Part shown: positions 1 through 11,670 of the stretch, in pieces | Layout of the letters: each line of letters opens with the position of its first letter | Position numbering within the stretch: the first letter of the stretch is position 1 | Assembly: GCA_973895155.1 (NCBI GenBank) | Contig: OZ316897.1 | Location: 23,542,318-23,606,317, forward strand | From: Marsupella aquatica | Taxonomy: Eukaryota > Plantae > Marchantiophyta | Direction: 5' to 3' | DNA: 64,000 bases | Notes under the pieces: model-generated | What the model saw: only the letters and a program-made list of their open reading frames with translations | Databases searched by the model: none | What the model was told of the DNA's origin: nothing | Made by a program: the position numbers and the translations under genes

Positions 1-3000
1 AAAGCCTTCCCGTCTCATTTGGAGACACAACCGATATGCTTCATGCCCACATCCATGTTGCGCAAGTCCTCCTATCATTACATTCCATGTGACTACATCG
101 CGTTTCTCCAGTCTGTCGAACACCAGGCGGGCATCATCTATACTCCCAGTCTTCGCATACATGTGAACCAGCGCACTACCCACACGCAAATCTGACTCTA
201 GTCCCGCTTTGCTAGCATGGCCATGAACTTCCTTCACCCATTCCAAAGCTCCCTCACTTGCAGATGCATTGAGAATACTAGCATAAGTAAATGCATTTGC
301 TTCGAAGCCTTCACGTCTCATTTGAAGAAACAGTCTATATGCTTCCTCCCCACATCCATGTTGTGCAAGTCCACCGATCATTATGTTCCATGTGAATACA
401 TCGCGTTTCTCCATTCTGTCAAAAACCAGTCGAGCATTAACTATACTGCCACTCTTTGCATACATGTGAACCAGTGCATTGCCCACACGCAAATCCGACT
501 CCAGTCCGGCTTTGCTAGCGTGGCCATGAACCTCCTTCACCCACTCCAAAGCACCCTCACTTGCAGATGCATTCAGGATGCTCAGATAAGTGATTGCATC
601 TGGTTCGAAGCCTTCCAGTCTCATTTGGAGAAACAATCGATATGCTTCATACCCACATCCATGTTGTGCAAGTCCCCCAATCATGGTATTCCATGTTACA
701 ACGTCACGTTTCTCCATTTTGTCGAAAACCAGTCGGGCATCATCTATACTGCCACTCTTGGTATACATGTGAACGAGTGCACTGCCCACACGCAACTTCG
801 ACTCAAGTCGGGCTTTGCTAGCGTGGCCATGAACCTCCTTCACCCACTGCAAAGCCCCCGGACTTGCAGATGCACTCAGAATACTCACATAAGTGAATGC
901 ATCTGGTTCAAAGCCTTCCCTTCTCATTTGGAGAAACAATCGATATGCTTCCTGCCCACATCCATGTTGTGCAAGTCCTCCTATCATTACATTCCATGTG
1001 ATTACATCGCGTTTCTCCATTCTGTCAAAAACCAGTCGAGCATTATCTATACTGCCACTCTTTGCATACATGTGAACGAGTGCATTGCCCACACGCAAAT
1101 CCGACTCCAGTCCGGCTTTGCTAGCGTGGCCATGAACCTCCTTCACCCACTCCAAAGCTCGCGCACTTGCAGATGCATTCAGGATGCTCAGATAAGTGAT
1201 TACATCTGGTTCGAAGCCTTCCAGTCTCATTTGGAGAAACAATCGATATGCTTCATACCCAAATCCATGTTGTGCAAGTCCCCCAATCATGGTATTCCAT
1301 GTTACAACGTCACGTTTCTCCATTTTGTCGAAAACCAGTCGGGCATCATCTATACTGCCACTCTTGGTATACATGTGAACGAGTGCACTGCCCACACGCA
1401 ACTTAGACTCAAGTCGGGCTTTGCTAGCGTGGCCATGAACCTCCTTCACCCACTGCAAAGCCCCCGGACTTGCAGATGCACTCAGAATACTCGCATAAGT
1501 GAATGCATCTGGTTCAAAGCCTTCCCTTCTCATTTGGAGAAACAATCGATATGCTTCATGCCCACATCCATGTTGTGCAAGTCCTCCGATCATTACATTC
1601 CATGTGATTACATCGCGTTTCCCCATTCTGTCAAAAACCAGTCGAGCATTATCTATACTGCCACTCTTTGCATACATGTGAACGAGTGCATTGCCCACAC
1701 GCAAATCCGACTCCAGTCCGGCTTTGCTAGCGTGGCCATGAATCTCCTTCACCCACTCCAAAGCACCCTCACTTGCAGATGCATTCAGAATGCTCAGATA
1801 AGTGATTGCATCTGGTTCGAATCCTTCCCGTCTCATTTGGAGGAATAGTCGATATGCTTCCACACCATGACCAGTTTCTGCATATGCTCTAAGCATCGCA
1901 GTCCATGTCACTCCATCACGTTTCTCCATTCTGTCAAAAACTAATCGGGCGTCATCGATACTGCCACTCTTTGCATACATCAGTAGGAGGGCAGTCCCTA
2001 CACGCACATCTGATTCAAAGCCAGTCTGTCGAATATACACATGTACTTCCTTTCCCCATTTTAGAGCTGACGGGTAGGCACATGCCTTCAGGATGCTCAG
2101 ATATGTGTTCTCATTAGGCTGTACGCCTTCTTGGCGCATTTGATTGAAAAGCTTTAAAGCAGATTCAGCATGATCATTCTTAGCATATCCTGCAATCATG
2201 TTGTTCCAAGTAATAACACTTTTCTTGTCAAGTTGATCAAAAACTCGGCGGGCATCCAACAATGCCCCACATTTGATATACACATTCAGGAGGGTTACCG
2301 CCACATATTCATTCTTATCCATTCCACTCTGGATGATGTGGTGTTGCACCTGCTTCGCCGCTAAAAGGTCTTTGTGTTTCGAGCACATCTGCAGAACTTT
2401 CACATATGTGTACGAGTTCGTAGTAATGCCTCGTTGTAGACGATTCTGCAACACAGTAACTGCTTGACTCGTGGTCCCCGCGCTATGCATGTCACTACTG
2501 CCATTCCGTTGTGCATTGTTTCGAGACCAATCTCTGCTGCCACAATTGGAAAGAGATCGCAATCCGCCTTGGCCAATCAAATCGAGCCCTGCCTCCCTCC
2601 AATTTTCTTTCCTGAGCAGCTCCTCGGTTATCAGGTGTTGCCTTCCTAAATTCTCAGTCACCGCTTCTTCACAGATAGCTGAAGATTGCTCCCCTTCCTC
2701 CCTGGATAGAGGTTCCGGCTCTCGAATATCTTGTACACCATCCGTTGTTATACATCTGGTTAATTTCGATTTTATGTCACCTGTTCGTTCGAGTTGCACT
2801 TTCAAGCTGTCAGTGTTCTGTTGACGTGATTCAATCCCACCAACGACTTTACGTGAAGGGTTCCGCTTATGCTCGATCATCTTTGCAGCTTCCCTCCACT
2901 TGGCAGCTCCTGGGCGAGTTTGAGGGGATGGTGCCTCCAGCCGTGCAATATGGTTGTCATGCCCCGTTACACTTTGAAAACCAGCGCGGGCTTCAGCTTC

Positions 3001-3276
3001 CCCGTTGTATTCAGGCTGTGCTGATTGAGCTTCCCTCCCATACAGCTCGACAACCTTCTTCTGAAGCCTCCACTGATCACGAAATGTGTCGAGCTCGTGC
3101 TGCACCCGCTGTAGGCACGGGCTGTAAATTTTTGCCACGCCAGACATCTGCCGGATGACGGGGCCCAAAATTCCATATGCACGAGATTCCAATCTGCCTT
3201 CAGTAATCAATTTGAGCCTTGCCTTCGCCCATGCTCTAGTGGAGCAGCCATCCACCCAAAGTGCTTTCCTTGTCAT
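1..3276 (-). CDS. PLS-class pentatricopeptide repeat protein (probable organellar C-to-U RNA-editing factor); runs off the window start, so the E/DYW domain is not visible
   Basis: The minus frame appears open from ATG 3276 (alternatively 3147) to base 1. After a non-repeat N-terminus it has 35/35/31-aa P-L-S motifs such as VVTWNTMIGGLAQHGCGYEAYRLFLQMRLEGFEPD / AITYLSILNASASEGALEWVKEVHGHASKAGLESD / LRVGNALVHMYAKSGSI..ARLVFDRMEKRD, with a 303-bp period. It is absent from the ORF track because there is no stop in the window. Confidence 0.92.
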   Translation of the reverse strand, partial: MTRKALWVDGCSTRAWAKARLKLITEGRLESRAYGILGPVIRQMSGVAKIYSPCLQRVQHELDTFRDQWRLQKKVVELYGREAQSAQPEYNGEAEARAGFQSVTGHDNHIARLEAPSPQTRPGAAKWREAAKMIEHKRNPSRKVVGGIESRQQNTDSLKVQLERTGDIKSKLTRCITTDGVQDIREPEPLSREEGEQSSAICEEAVTENLGRQHLITEELLRKENWREAGLDLIGQGGLRSLSNCGSRDWSRNNAQRNGSSDMHSAGTTSQAVTVLQNRLQRGITTNSYTYVKVLQMCSKHKDLLAAKQVQHHIIQSGMDKNEYVAVTLLNVYIKCGALLDARRVFDQLDKKSVITWNNMIAGYAKNDHAESALKLFNQMRQEGVQPNENTYLSILKACAYPSALKWGKEVHVYIRQTGFESDVRVGTALLLMYAKSGSIDDARLVFDRMEKRDGVTWTAMLRAYAETGHGVEAYRLFLQMRREGFEPDAITYLSILNASASEGALEWVKEIHGHASKAGLESDLRVGNALVHMYAKSGSIDNARLVFDRMGKRDVITWNVMIGGLAQHGCGHEAYRLFLQMRREGFEPDAFTYASILSASASPGALQWVKEVHGHASKARLESKLRVGSALVHMYTKSGSIDDARLVFDKMEKRDVVTWNTMIGGLAQHGFGYEAYRLFLQMRLEGFEPDVITYLSILNASASARALEWVKEVHGHASKAGLESDLRVGNALVHMYAKSGSIDNARLVFDRMEKRDVITWNVMIGGLAQHGCGQEAYRLFLQMRREGFEPDAFTYVSILSASASPGALQWVKEVHGHASKARLESKLRVGSALVHMYTKSGSIDDARLVFDKMEKRDVVTWNTMIGGLAQHGCGYEAYRLFLQMRLEGFEPDAITYLSILNASASEGALEWVKEVHGHASKAGLESDLRVGNALVHMYAKSGSIVNARLVFDRMEKRDVFTWNIMIGGLAQHGCGEEAYRLFLQMRREGFEANAFTYASILNASASEGALEWVKEVHGHASKAGLESDLRVGSALVHMYAKTGSIDDARLVFDRLEKRDVVTWNVMIGGLAQHGCGHEAYRLCLQMRREGF

Positions 3277-3592
3277 CTTATGATTAAAGTCAGTTGTTCT
3301 GGGCTTCCTCTGTGAGCACCACAACCCACGATCAGATCGACCAGCACAAAATGCAAGCGACTCCACTAGGTGCAATGAATTGTTTTTGATTTGTTTCTGC
3401 AGTCAAGACCATATTTCTACAATCAAACGCTAACAACAGGAAAGCAGACCGGTAAGTCCCTGGTTCTTGGGCTAGGACCCTACCTCCGTCCAAAGATATA
3501 TTTTCTTGTCTCCCGTGTCTGCTGCTATATTTCGTACGGAAAACGTGCAAAAGCGATATAACTCGGTTTCAATTGAGAGTAACGGCGATCTG

Positions 3593-5020
3593 TCAAGAAT
3601 GTAATGGTCTCAGAATATACGGAAATAATTGTGAGAGGCATATCCAGGTAGCTAAATAATCTATATGCTCGTTCACACTCCAGTACACTTTGCAGTCCTG
3701 GCCGTATGGAAATGCAGGGGAATCATTGTTTGGCAACTCGGTGATCACTGGATCAATGATGCCAGCGTTGGCCATATCCACATCTACACCTGAGAGTGTA
3801 AAAACCAAATACGAGAACAAATCCAACGTTAGGCATCAAGAAGAGTTGACTCATCCACATCAAACCAACGTAGAGATAACTCCCCAAAAATTAAATTCTC
3901 ACTAAAGCAAATCCACCTAACTAGGACAGAGTTGAGCTCTCTTCTAAAGGTTTTCCCTTCTCTACTAGGCCTTCCGCATGTTTGTATTAGAGCCTTTTCC
4001 CAAATTTTTGGATGCTGCACAACTCAAGGTACACCAGAATTTGTATTTCAATTACAAACAATTTTTAGTGAAAGCCCAATTCTTCTAGATTTTACACCAA
4101 CCACGCCGCTTGAAAGGGGCAAAACTAATTCATCGACTGTAATTGCTTAATTAAATCAACAATGCCAGTGCTGCAACGGCTCGTTATTTTCAACTGCTGC
4201 ATCTCCCTAATCATAACAGAACATGAAGAAATCATTTGTAGTAAGACATAGAAAAGTCACACACATCTTGCCTCATCGTATCCAATCTCTAGGCTCTGCC
4301 GCTCCAGAAGCTTGCCCACCACAACTGCTCCTTCCACTCCAGCATTTTGTGCTACGATGTACGCAGGCATCTGTCCAAATCATTTGACAAGTGTTGCTAA
4401 CACATTGTAGCAAGCCAAAATCACAAGCTGTCATGCTCCAAGCCCTTCAAACTTTCAACTTTTGGGAACTTAACAACTGAAATAAAATAAGGAGCTATAT
4501 AACCTCGGTCAAGCTTCGTGCCTTCCACTACTTCTAGTTCGTTGTAAAGATTCTTTCCGTCCTCCAACATCGCATTTATCTATACTTAACAGAAGAAAGA
4601 ACGACGGGAATTTCAGTGAGGTTTAAATAGGAGGACTAGGATCCGTAGGCAAGTTTGCAAAGGCCTCTGCCACCGTCACACCATCCCTACCAACTTTACG
4701 ATAACTAAAACTTTGCTCTGTAACCATATTTCGACCTTGGAAAAGAGTTACAGATTTACACAGCAATGAGTGACTAGTACAAGGATGTCGCGCACCTACG
4801 ACACACCTAGACATAATTTTATGAGGGGCGGACAATGTTTACGTTAAGCAGCTGTCTTCTATAACTTTGGGCCCATGGTATCCTTCTCAGCATCCGGTAA
4901 TTCTGCAACACTTTGGAGTGTAAGAGCCCTCGAATCGCCTCGACTCCAAACCTGGTATCCTTCGATCCATAATTTCGCACCAGTTTCGACCTGCAGCATT
5001 CTGCAATCTCAACTCCCAAT
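3593..5020 (-). pseudogene. CPN60: Degenerate mitochondrial-type chaperonin 60 (Cpn60/HSP60) with introns
   Basis: Exon-like pieces in the correct order: KDTRFGVEA..TMGPK (frameshifted), [72 protein letters not shown] and VDMANAGIIDP. The middle of the protein is missing. Confidence 0.8.
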
Positions 5021-6380
5021 CAGACCAACACATGAGCATCTGTCTGCTAGTTGCGTTAAGGACAAACGCTCGGGGTCAACTGCTACGATCTCAAACATAG
5101 TACAAATGGACGGAGAGTTACAATTCACCTCAAATGCTGTAATTCGAGAGTATGAGGTCGTGAACACTACTTCTTCACATGCTTCCTCGTTAGTACAATA
5201 CAACTATGTCTGCTAGCGACTCTACAATCTGCTCGATGGATAAAATCTACCGGCAGTGGACGGAATCTTTGGAACTAGGGAATTGAATAATCCAATCTAT
5301 CCAGGGCCAATTCAGTAGTGAACTATTCGGACAGGAGGGTTCGTAGTGCACATAGATACTGGAGTAACCTGCCACTTCCCATCGCGCTATTGAACGAATC
5401 GGGAATTCGTCTACATACACATGTGCTCGCTGTCACCCATGGCAAAGCCGAAGGATCTTGCTTGAAACACTATCTCACGATGTTTGAAATCATTCTTCTC
5501 TGCCCCGGGTGACTCTTGGGAGCCCTGAAATTATGAGATGGTTACGCCTACTGCGATTAGCGCCCTATTAGTACGCTAGAAGGTGAACGCCATACTCACT
5601 TGTTGAAGAGCAAATCTTCTGCAAGATGAAGCATGCCGAGGAAAGGGTCAGCAACTTAGTGGAGAATCGGAAACTCTAGCTATAAAACACATCTTCCCGG
5701 GTGATCTCTACACCTTCTAACGTTCACAAACACGTCCTAAAGTATCCCATATTGTCACCAATCCTCACTTCCTTATAGAAGACAGCGATTTCTCCGTGGA
5801 TTATTTTGTGCACAGTGACACTAGGGGAAGAAATGATGAAGAAGCTAAATATGTTTTCAAAGGCCTAACTCTGTAAATCCAAGCTCCCAGTTAGCAAATC
5901 CAGCTTATTCCACTACGTACCATGACCGAAATCTCCTGCCCTAAAACGATGCCCGGCAGCTCCCATACACTATTGTGTCCCAGAATACAGATCCCGGCTC
6001 ATACACAACCTCAGGAAAAGATAAACCCGGGACCTGATCACCTCTTCCGCTTACTACGACCGTGTCGCAGCAGGGATTCCAAAGACGAAGACAAAAGAAA
6101 AGGCACTAAGAGATGGGGTGAATAACCGACTGACAGCCAAGAATAGAAGAGCAAACACACCTTGCAGCACTCAAAATGTTGTCCCCGGCTCTGCATTGTC
6201 GCTGCCCGCTGACTTCTCGTATCATGAATTGGGCATGAAGCACTACTCCAAACCTGCATTTGTTGTATGTCATGTTGACAAGCCATATAACATACAGTAT
6301 GTCCATATGTTAAAATTTACACCATTTGAAATAAAATTCAGGTTTTCCACTTGAACCATTTTGCCATCAGTTTTGCAAGT

Positions 6381-6406
6381 TTAGGGTTTAGGGTTTAAAC
6401 CCTAAA
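6381..6406. repeat. Short inverted telomere-like tract
   Basis: ttagggtttagggtttaaaccctaaa. Confidence 0.6.
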
Positions 6407-6699
6407 TTTGAAAAAAAATTCTCAAGTGGGGTTTCCTTTTGTCTTTTAGATCCACTATTCTTATTACCTTATCACATCTATTTTGTCTCAAGCACTTTTT
6501 GCTACTCATCTCTATTGATGTTCAAAGAACGGGTAATGGGAGCTAGTATATCAAACTGCCAAAAAGCAAGAGGCGCTGAACTGGGAGACATGATCCCACA
6601 GACCAAAAACCCAGGGAGAACAAGAAAACTACCAAAAAGCCAAAAAGACCAGGCACTAGCCCAGCGTAAGGAAAACAAAAGACACTCCAACTGAAAACT

Positions 6700-7135
6700 C
6701 TACCTATCTGCAAATTGAAGAGTATGGTAAAGCCCAGGCATGAACTTCATAGGAGGGTCAACCAAGGGAATCCGACTAGATGCCTGGAATCCAACTGCCT
6801 CTCCTTGACAAAGAATAGTGAAGACTTGTGCTTGCTGAAGCGCAATAGACACCCGTTGTCTATAAAAGGCTGTAATAACAGACACGGGGGAATAAGCCCG
6901 TCACTCGACATAATGAATCGCACAAGAATGCAAGAAATGGTCAACTCAAAAAGTGGGTGCAACACTCCAAAGACCTCCACAGCAAACGGGTAGGAAAGGT
7001 CCCTCGGGTAACGCGTAGCATAAGCATCCTCAAAAACCTCCTTGAGGGACCTCCATCTACCCGAGGGACCTTTTCTACCCGTTTGCTGTGGAGGTCTTTG
7101 GAGCATTGCACCCGCTTTTTGAGTCGGCCATTTCT
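6700..7135 (-). mobile_element. 3' fragment of a CRE-like (RLE-type) non-LTR retrotransposon with an inverted duplication
   Basis: Frameshifted translations RYPRDLSYPFAVEVFGVLHP and FYRQRVSIALQQAQ resemble the C-terminus after the restriction-like endonuclease of CRE-clade elements. About 6940-7010 is repeated in inverted form at about 7058-7130. Confidence 0.5.
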
Positions 7136-7139
7136 CCTT

Positions 7140-9012
7140 GAAACCCTATCGGCCAACTTTCAAGCTGACCTGCGTAAGAAGGACGACATGCTCAATCAAA
7201 CCTACAAGAAGATGAATAAGATAGAGTTTGATGCTGTCCACGAGCTTAACGCAGAGCTGAGAGCAACCCAGGAGGAGAGGGCGGTCTTACGGAAGGAGTT
7301 GGACTAAAATCAGGAGTTGGAGGAAGCTCGCGGGGATTTAGACGAGACCCAAGAGGAGTTGGAGGAAGCCACGCGGAAAATGGAGAACTTGCAGAGGCGG
7401 GCGGACAACCAAACAGAGCGGCTGAAGAAACTAGCCGAGGAGTTAAATTGGCAGGCTAGAATAAGTGGACCCCCAGTGGCGGCAACAAGGTTGCAGGGCG
7501 TGGTACTGACCGAACAACAAGCCGAGGCACCCTCACTTGTGCCGGAAGTAATTGGCAAGGGGAAGGCGCCGGCTGCCTGGGAAGGTAAGGACAAGAAGAA
7601 TCAAAAACCTTCCGGGTCAGGGAGCAGCACGGTTCCTCAGGCCACCATGACTGAGGTAGAAAGCATGGCACCGGCCTTATGCGAGGTAGTGGTTGTCAAG
7701 GTGGCAGTCTTGGAGGTAGGCCAAGAAGACCAGTTGGGTGAGGCCATGACGGGCACGGACTCAAGGTTGCCAATCATTGATCGGCATCAACTGCAACCTT
7801 GGGAAGACGAGACAACCCGACTCATAGGACAAGCCTATGAGGAGGACCACTGCGACAAGATGGCCAATGTTGGGATTGACAGTGCCAAAGCCGCAAGAGC
7901 GGACCCACCACTGTTACAAGCCAGGGGAACACAAGCCGTGGAAACAAAAGCCGAGGTAGGAGTGGGGCCCGGTCACACCAAGGATGGGTTGACCCAATCG
8001 GGAGCTGGTAACCTATCAGAGGACGAACCGACTACATTGGCCGCCAAGGAAGGATTGGGAGCGTCCATTGAGGGCCAGCCATCAGTGTCATGATGATGGA
8101 GAAGGGCTGTCCCTTTTAGGGAGGGCAAACATGGAGGTAGGAGGCGTGAGTGGGCAAAGCGAGTGCGGACCTCCAAATTTAGGATTAGGATCAGGAGCAA
8201 GAAGCGGCCCTGACACTTAGATTAGTGGGATTACGGATCCACTGGTAAGAGCAACACTTGTGCTCTTGCCCCGTTGTACATACTTAGGTAGATTACACTT
8301 AGAGGTAGATTAGGCTTACGTAGCAAGGAAATAGGTAGATGCGCTGCCAGGATAAATATGTGTGCAACGGGGACTTCAGGGCCTTCTTCTTAAGCAAGTT
8401 TTTAGTGCACCAACAAGGCTAAGATCAATTAGTAAGAGGAGCTCTCGGTTAGTTATGCAGTGACTCCTGTGTATATTAATGTTTCCTCGTGCCTAAGAGC
8501 TGAATAGTTTTGGTCTTCCGACTTAGTTCACAGATCTTGTGTACGAGAAGTACTCTTTGTATGGCAGTTGCACAATATAACTTAGTCAGTATGAGTCATC
8601 TTTCTAGTTGTGTGTCGCATTAACTTGTGTGAAGATTGCCCACATCAACTATAGGAGAGAAAAGAAGTAAGTTAAGTCATCAGGAGCAGGAAGAGTTGGA
8701 TGTGTTGAGCTGAGAGGAATCTTAGCGGCTACCCAAGCCAATTGGGCATCATTCCGGGGGCGGAATCCAAACATACATGAAGGGAGACCAATAGAAGAGA
8801 ATAAGGAGAGGCCTAGAGTAGGTCGGTTGCATATCTCATGACCCGATGAAGCATCTGTCCAATATATGTGGGTAAAAAGTTGGTAAAGAGTTTTAGTAGC
8901 GTCCCATGCCGATAAGCCACAGAACCAGCCTTGGCAAGAGCAAAACTGGTGGGAATCGGCTTGTTCAGGGCAAGTTCTTGGGTTTAGAGAGCCATCAATG
9001 GGACGCACCACA
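7140..9012 (+). mobile_element. 5'-truncated, degenerate copy of TG..CA element family A
   Basis: Colinear with about 23590-25366 (LEEARGDLDETQEELEEATRKMENLQRRADNQTERLKK), with the same right end gggacgcaccaca. It is inserted into the family B copy. Confidence 0.85.
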
Positions 9013-9891
9013 CGATGCATGGTTAATTTGGCCACTACGACAGTGGCCACAGGTAAGCCGGATACTGAAGCCGGCTTCTTCCACTTCCTACCCCAAGATT
9101 GGCTCCCGGGGTGACTCATGGAGGGGGACATCTCCCCATCTTCTCTATTTGGTGTCAATATTGCTATCGCTGTAAGTACTGGTGCCGGGGCTGCAACCGT
9201 CACTATGTTGCCTATCGGGGGTGCCCCTCGGATTTGGGATTGGGATGGTGGCGCAATACCCATAACAGGTTGTTAGGTACCTGGTGGGTTGTGGTGAAGG
9301 GAAGGGGCTTCCTCATCCTCTGAGCTGAGGTTGACCGCATTCACCACGGACCGCACATGAGTAGATGATGCAACCGATGGGGGAGAGCGGCTTGAGGGTG
9401 CTCGGGGTGGTGTCTTGCTTGTCCTGATGCGGGCGAGTTGGCCATGGGTGCTGCTGGAGGAGGTGCCATGGGGCCCGGTATTCTCGCGGGAAAGCCGAGT
9501 GATGCTGCAATTGATGAAGGTTCGCTTGGGTTCGGACTATCGCCAAACCAACAGTCCAAGAAGGACTGCACTCTGGCAAGGATGTCGTCAAAGTGATGAT
9601 GTTGTAAGTCCATTGTGCTAGGGATCCTGAAGACCTTGTCCGGGAGTCAGGGGAGCGCTTCTCCAAAGCCGAGGTACTTTGATCCCTCAAAGAAGAACTC
9701 AACGATCTCTTTGTCCCGACAGTACTTGCTCTTGAACGGAACATTAAAGGTCATTGTTGTAGTGAGAATGCCCGTTCAAACGGATAAGCCATTCGTAATG
9801 CCTTTCGGCTTTGTACTTGCGTGGGTTGTGCTCGGCGAGTGAGGTTGCAAGAGCCGTATTACTTATTACCAACCGTGTTGGCGGTGTCACA
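9013..9891 (-). mobile_element. Partial, degenerate copy of TG..CA element family B
   Basis: Translations match 43636-44490 (REDGEMSPS..GLPVATVVVAKLTMHR; MDLQHHHFD). The terminus ggcggtgtcaca matches the reverse complement of the 43100 end. Confidence 0.8.
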
Positions 9892-10994
9892 GCGAGTGTC
9901 ACAGCTATACTACATGAAGGAAAAGTCTCAAGTATTTGAGATCTTCAAGGAGATTGTGGAAAGCCATGGTGGAGCTACAAATTGGGAAGGAGTTTAAGTG
10001 TGTTTGGTCAGATAACGGTGGCGAGTATAAGTCTAATGAGTTTGACCAATTTGGTCAAGACCTTGGCCTCAAGTGTCATTGCATTGTACCAGAGACCCCG
10101 CAATAGAATGGAGTAGCAAAATGGTTGAATCAGACATTATTGGAGAGAGCATGCAGCATGCTATATAGGTCCAAGTTGTCCAGTAATTTTTTGGCTAAAG
10201 CTGTCAACCAAGCTGCATATGTTTATGACTTGTCATCGCACAGTAGTCAATTGATGCAAACTCCGTTTGAGTTGTGGTACAAGAGACCTACTGATTACTC
10301 TAGACTCCGAGTTTTTGGTTGTGCTCCCTATGTTCATATTCAGTAGACACACAGGTCTAAGTTGGATCCTAAGTCTAAAAAATGTATTTTTCTAGGCTTG
10401 AGTCCTGGGCAAATTAAGGGACTATAAATTATGGGATCCTGTTGATTGCAAGGCAGTTGTGAACATAAATGTTGTTTTTGACAAAGAACGGTTGTCAAGA
10501 CCCCGGAATAATCAAGAGGAACAGGTGGAGGAACCCACTACAGTGGAGCTTGGTGGTGATGAGGAAGCTGCTGGTCCCTCTAGTAGAGGTGCAATTCCTC
10601 ATCCAAGGCACTCCACAAGGGCCAATGTTTTTTGCCAACCCCCTAATAGATTTGGTTTTGCAAATCCTCGTGTTCATGTGGTTGAGCACGACGATGATAC
10701 CGGTGTTATTTTGCTCACTGAAGATGGAGACCCCTCTAGCTATGAAAAAGCTATGTCCTTTCCAAAGAAGGATAAGTGGATGGAGGTGATGTTGAAGGAG
10801 ATGAATTCTTTGAAGAAGAATTCAACTTGGCGCTTAATTGACATGCCTCGTGGGAAGACGCTGATTCCGTGTAGATGATTATACAAGAAGAAGCAGGATG
10901 GCACCTACAAGGGATGCCTTGTGGCCAAAGGGTACACCCAGAAGGAGGGCTTGGACTACACATAAATTTTTCTCACCAGTTGTCAAACTCGCTA
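9892..10994 (+). pseudogene. Old Ty1/Copia pol fragment (integrase to start of RT); left part of the CACTA host
   Basis: SDNGGEY, PETP..NGVA, LRVFGC, SKLDPKSKKCIFLG, LVAKGYTQKEG and FSPVVKL, with stops and frameshifts. Confidence 0.85.
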
Positions 10995-11670
10995 CACTAG
11001 TAGAAAACAATGTATTTTATGACGGAAACAATGACTATTAATCAGGTCTTTTTAACAAAACAATGACGCAATCGTTCTTGTCTTTCCAGACGCGTCACAA
11101 CGGACATTTTGGTCACGGTCCTTTTGGACAAATGACGCTAAAAACATGTGGTCATTTCATACTATCCTAAATGACGGTTTTTAGATATGGTCATAAATGC
11201 TGAACGGTCCAAAATGACAACACAAATCACCATCGACGGTCAATTGCCGTTGACCGTCGACGGTCCCCGTACCCAATCACACAATGACACATGGCAATCA
11301 AAAAACAAATAACATTGGTCATTTTGGACTTGTCCAAAATGACGTACATTATATAACAAATCAAATAGTGACACATGGTTCAAAGAGGATTCACCATTTG
11401 GCAATATATTTGGGTCATTTTGGACATGTCCAAAATGACTATGATATAAACAAGTCATATTTAGACATGTGGTTCAATTAGGAGGAGACACATAAAGATA
11501 CACATTAGTCATTAATGACATGTCTTGAATGACATAAAATGAGTCATAGTGGACTTGTTTATAATGACCATGAGAGCGGTCATTGTATATGTCATTCTTT
11601 GAATCATTTAGTCTATGTCTTTAATGACCATAGTTGAGTCATATTGGTCACAAAGATAGTAGTGGATAAT

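Noticed and set aside
217-1848. 543-aa plus-strand ORF with 101-aa repeats
   Set aside because: Antisense shadow of the PPR gene, in the same codon register
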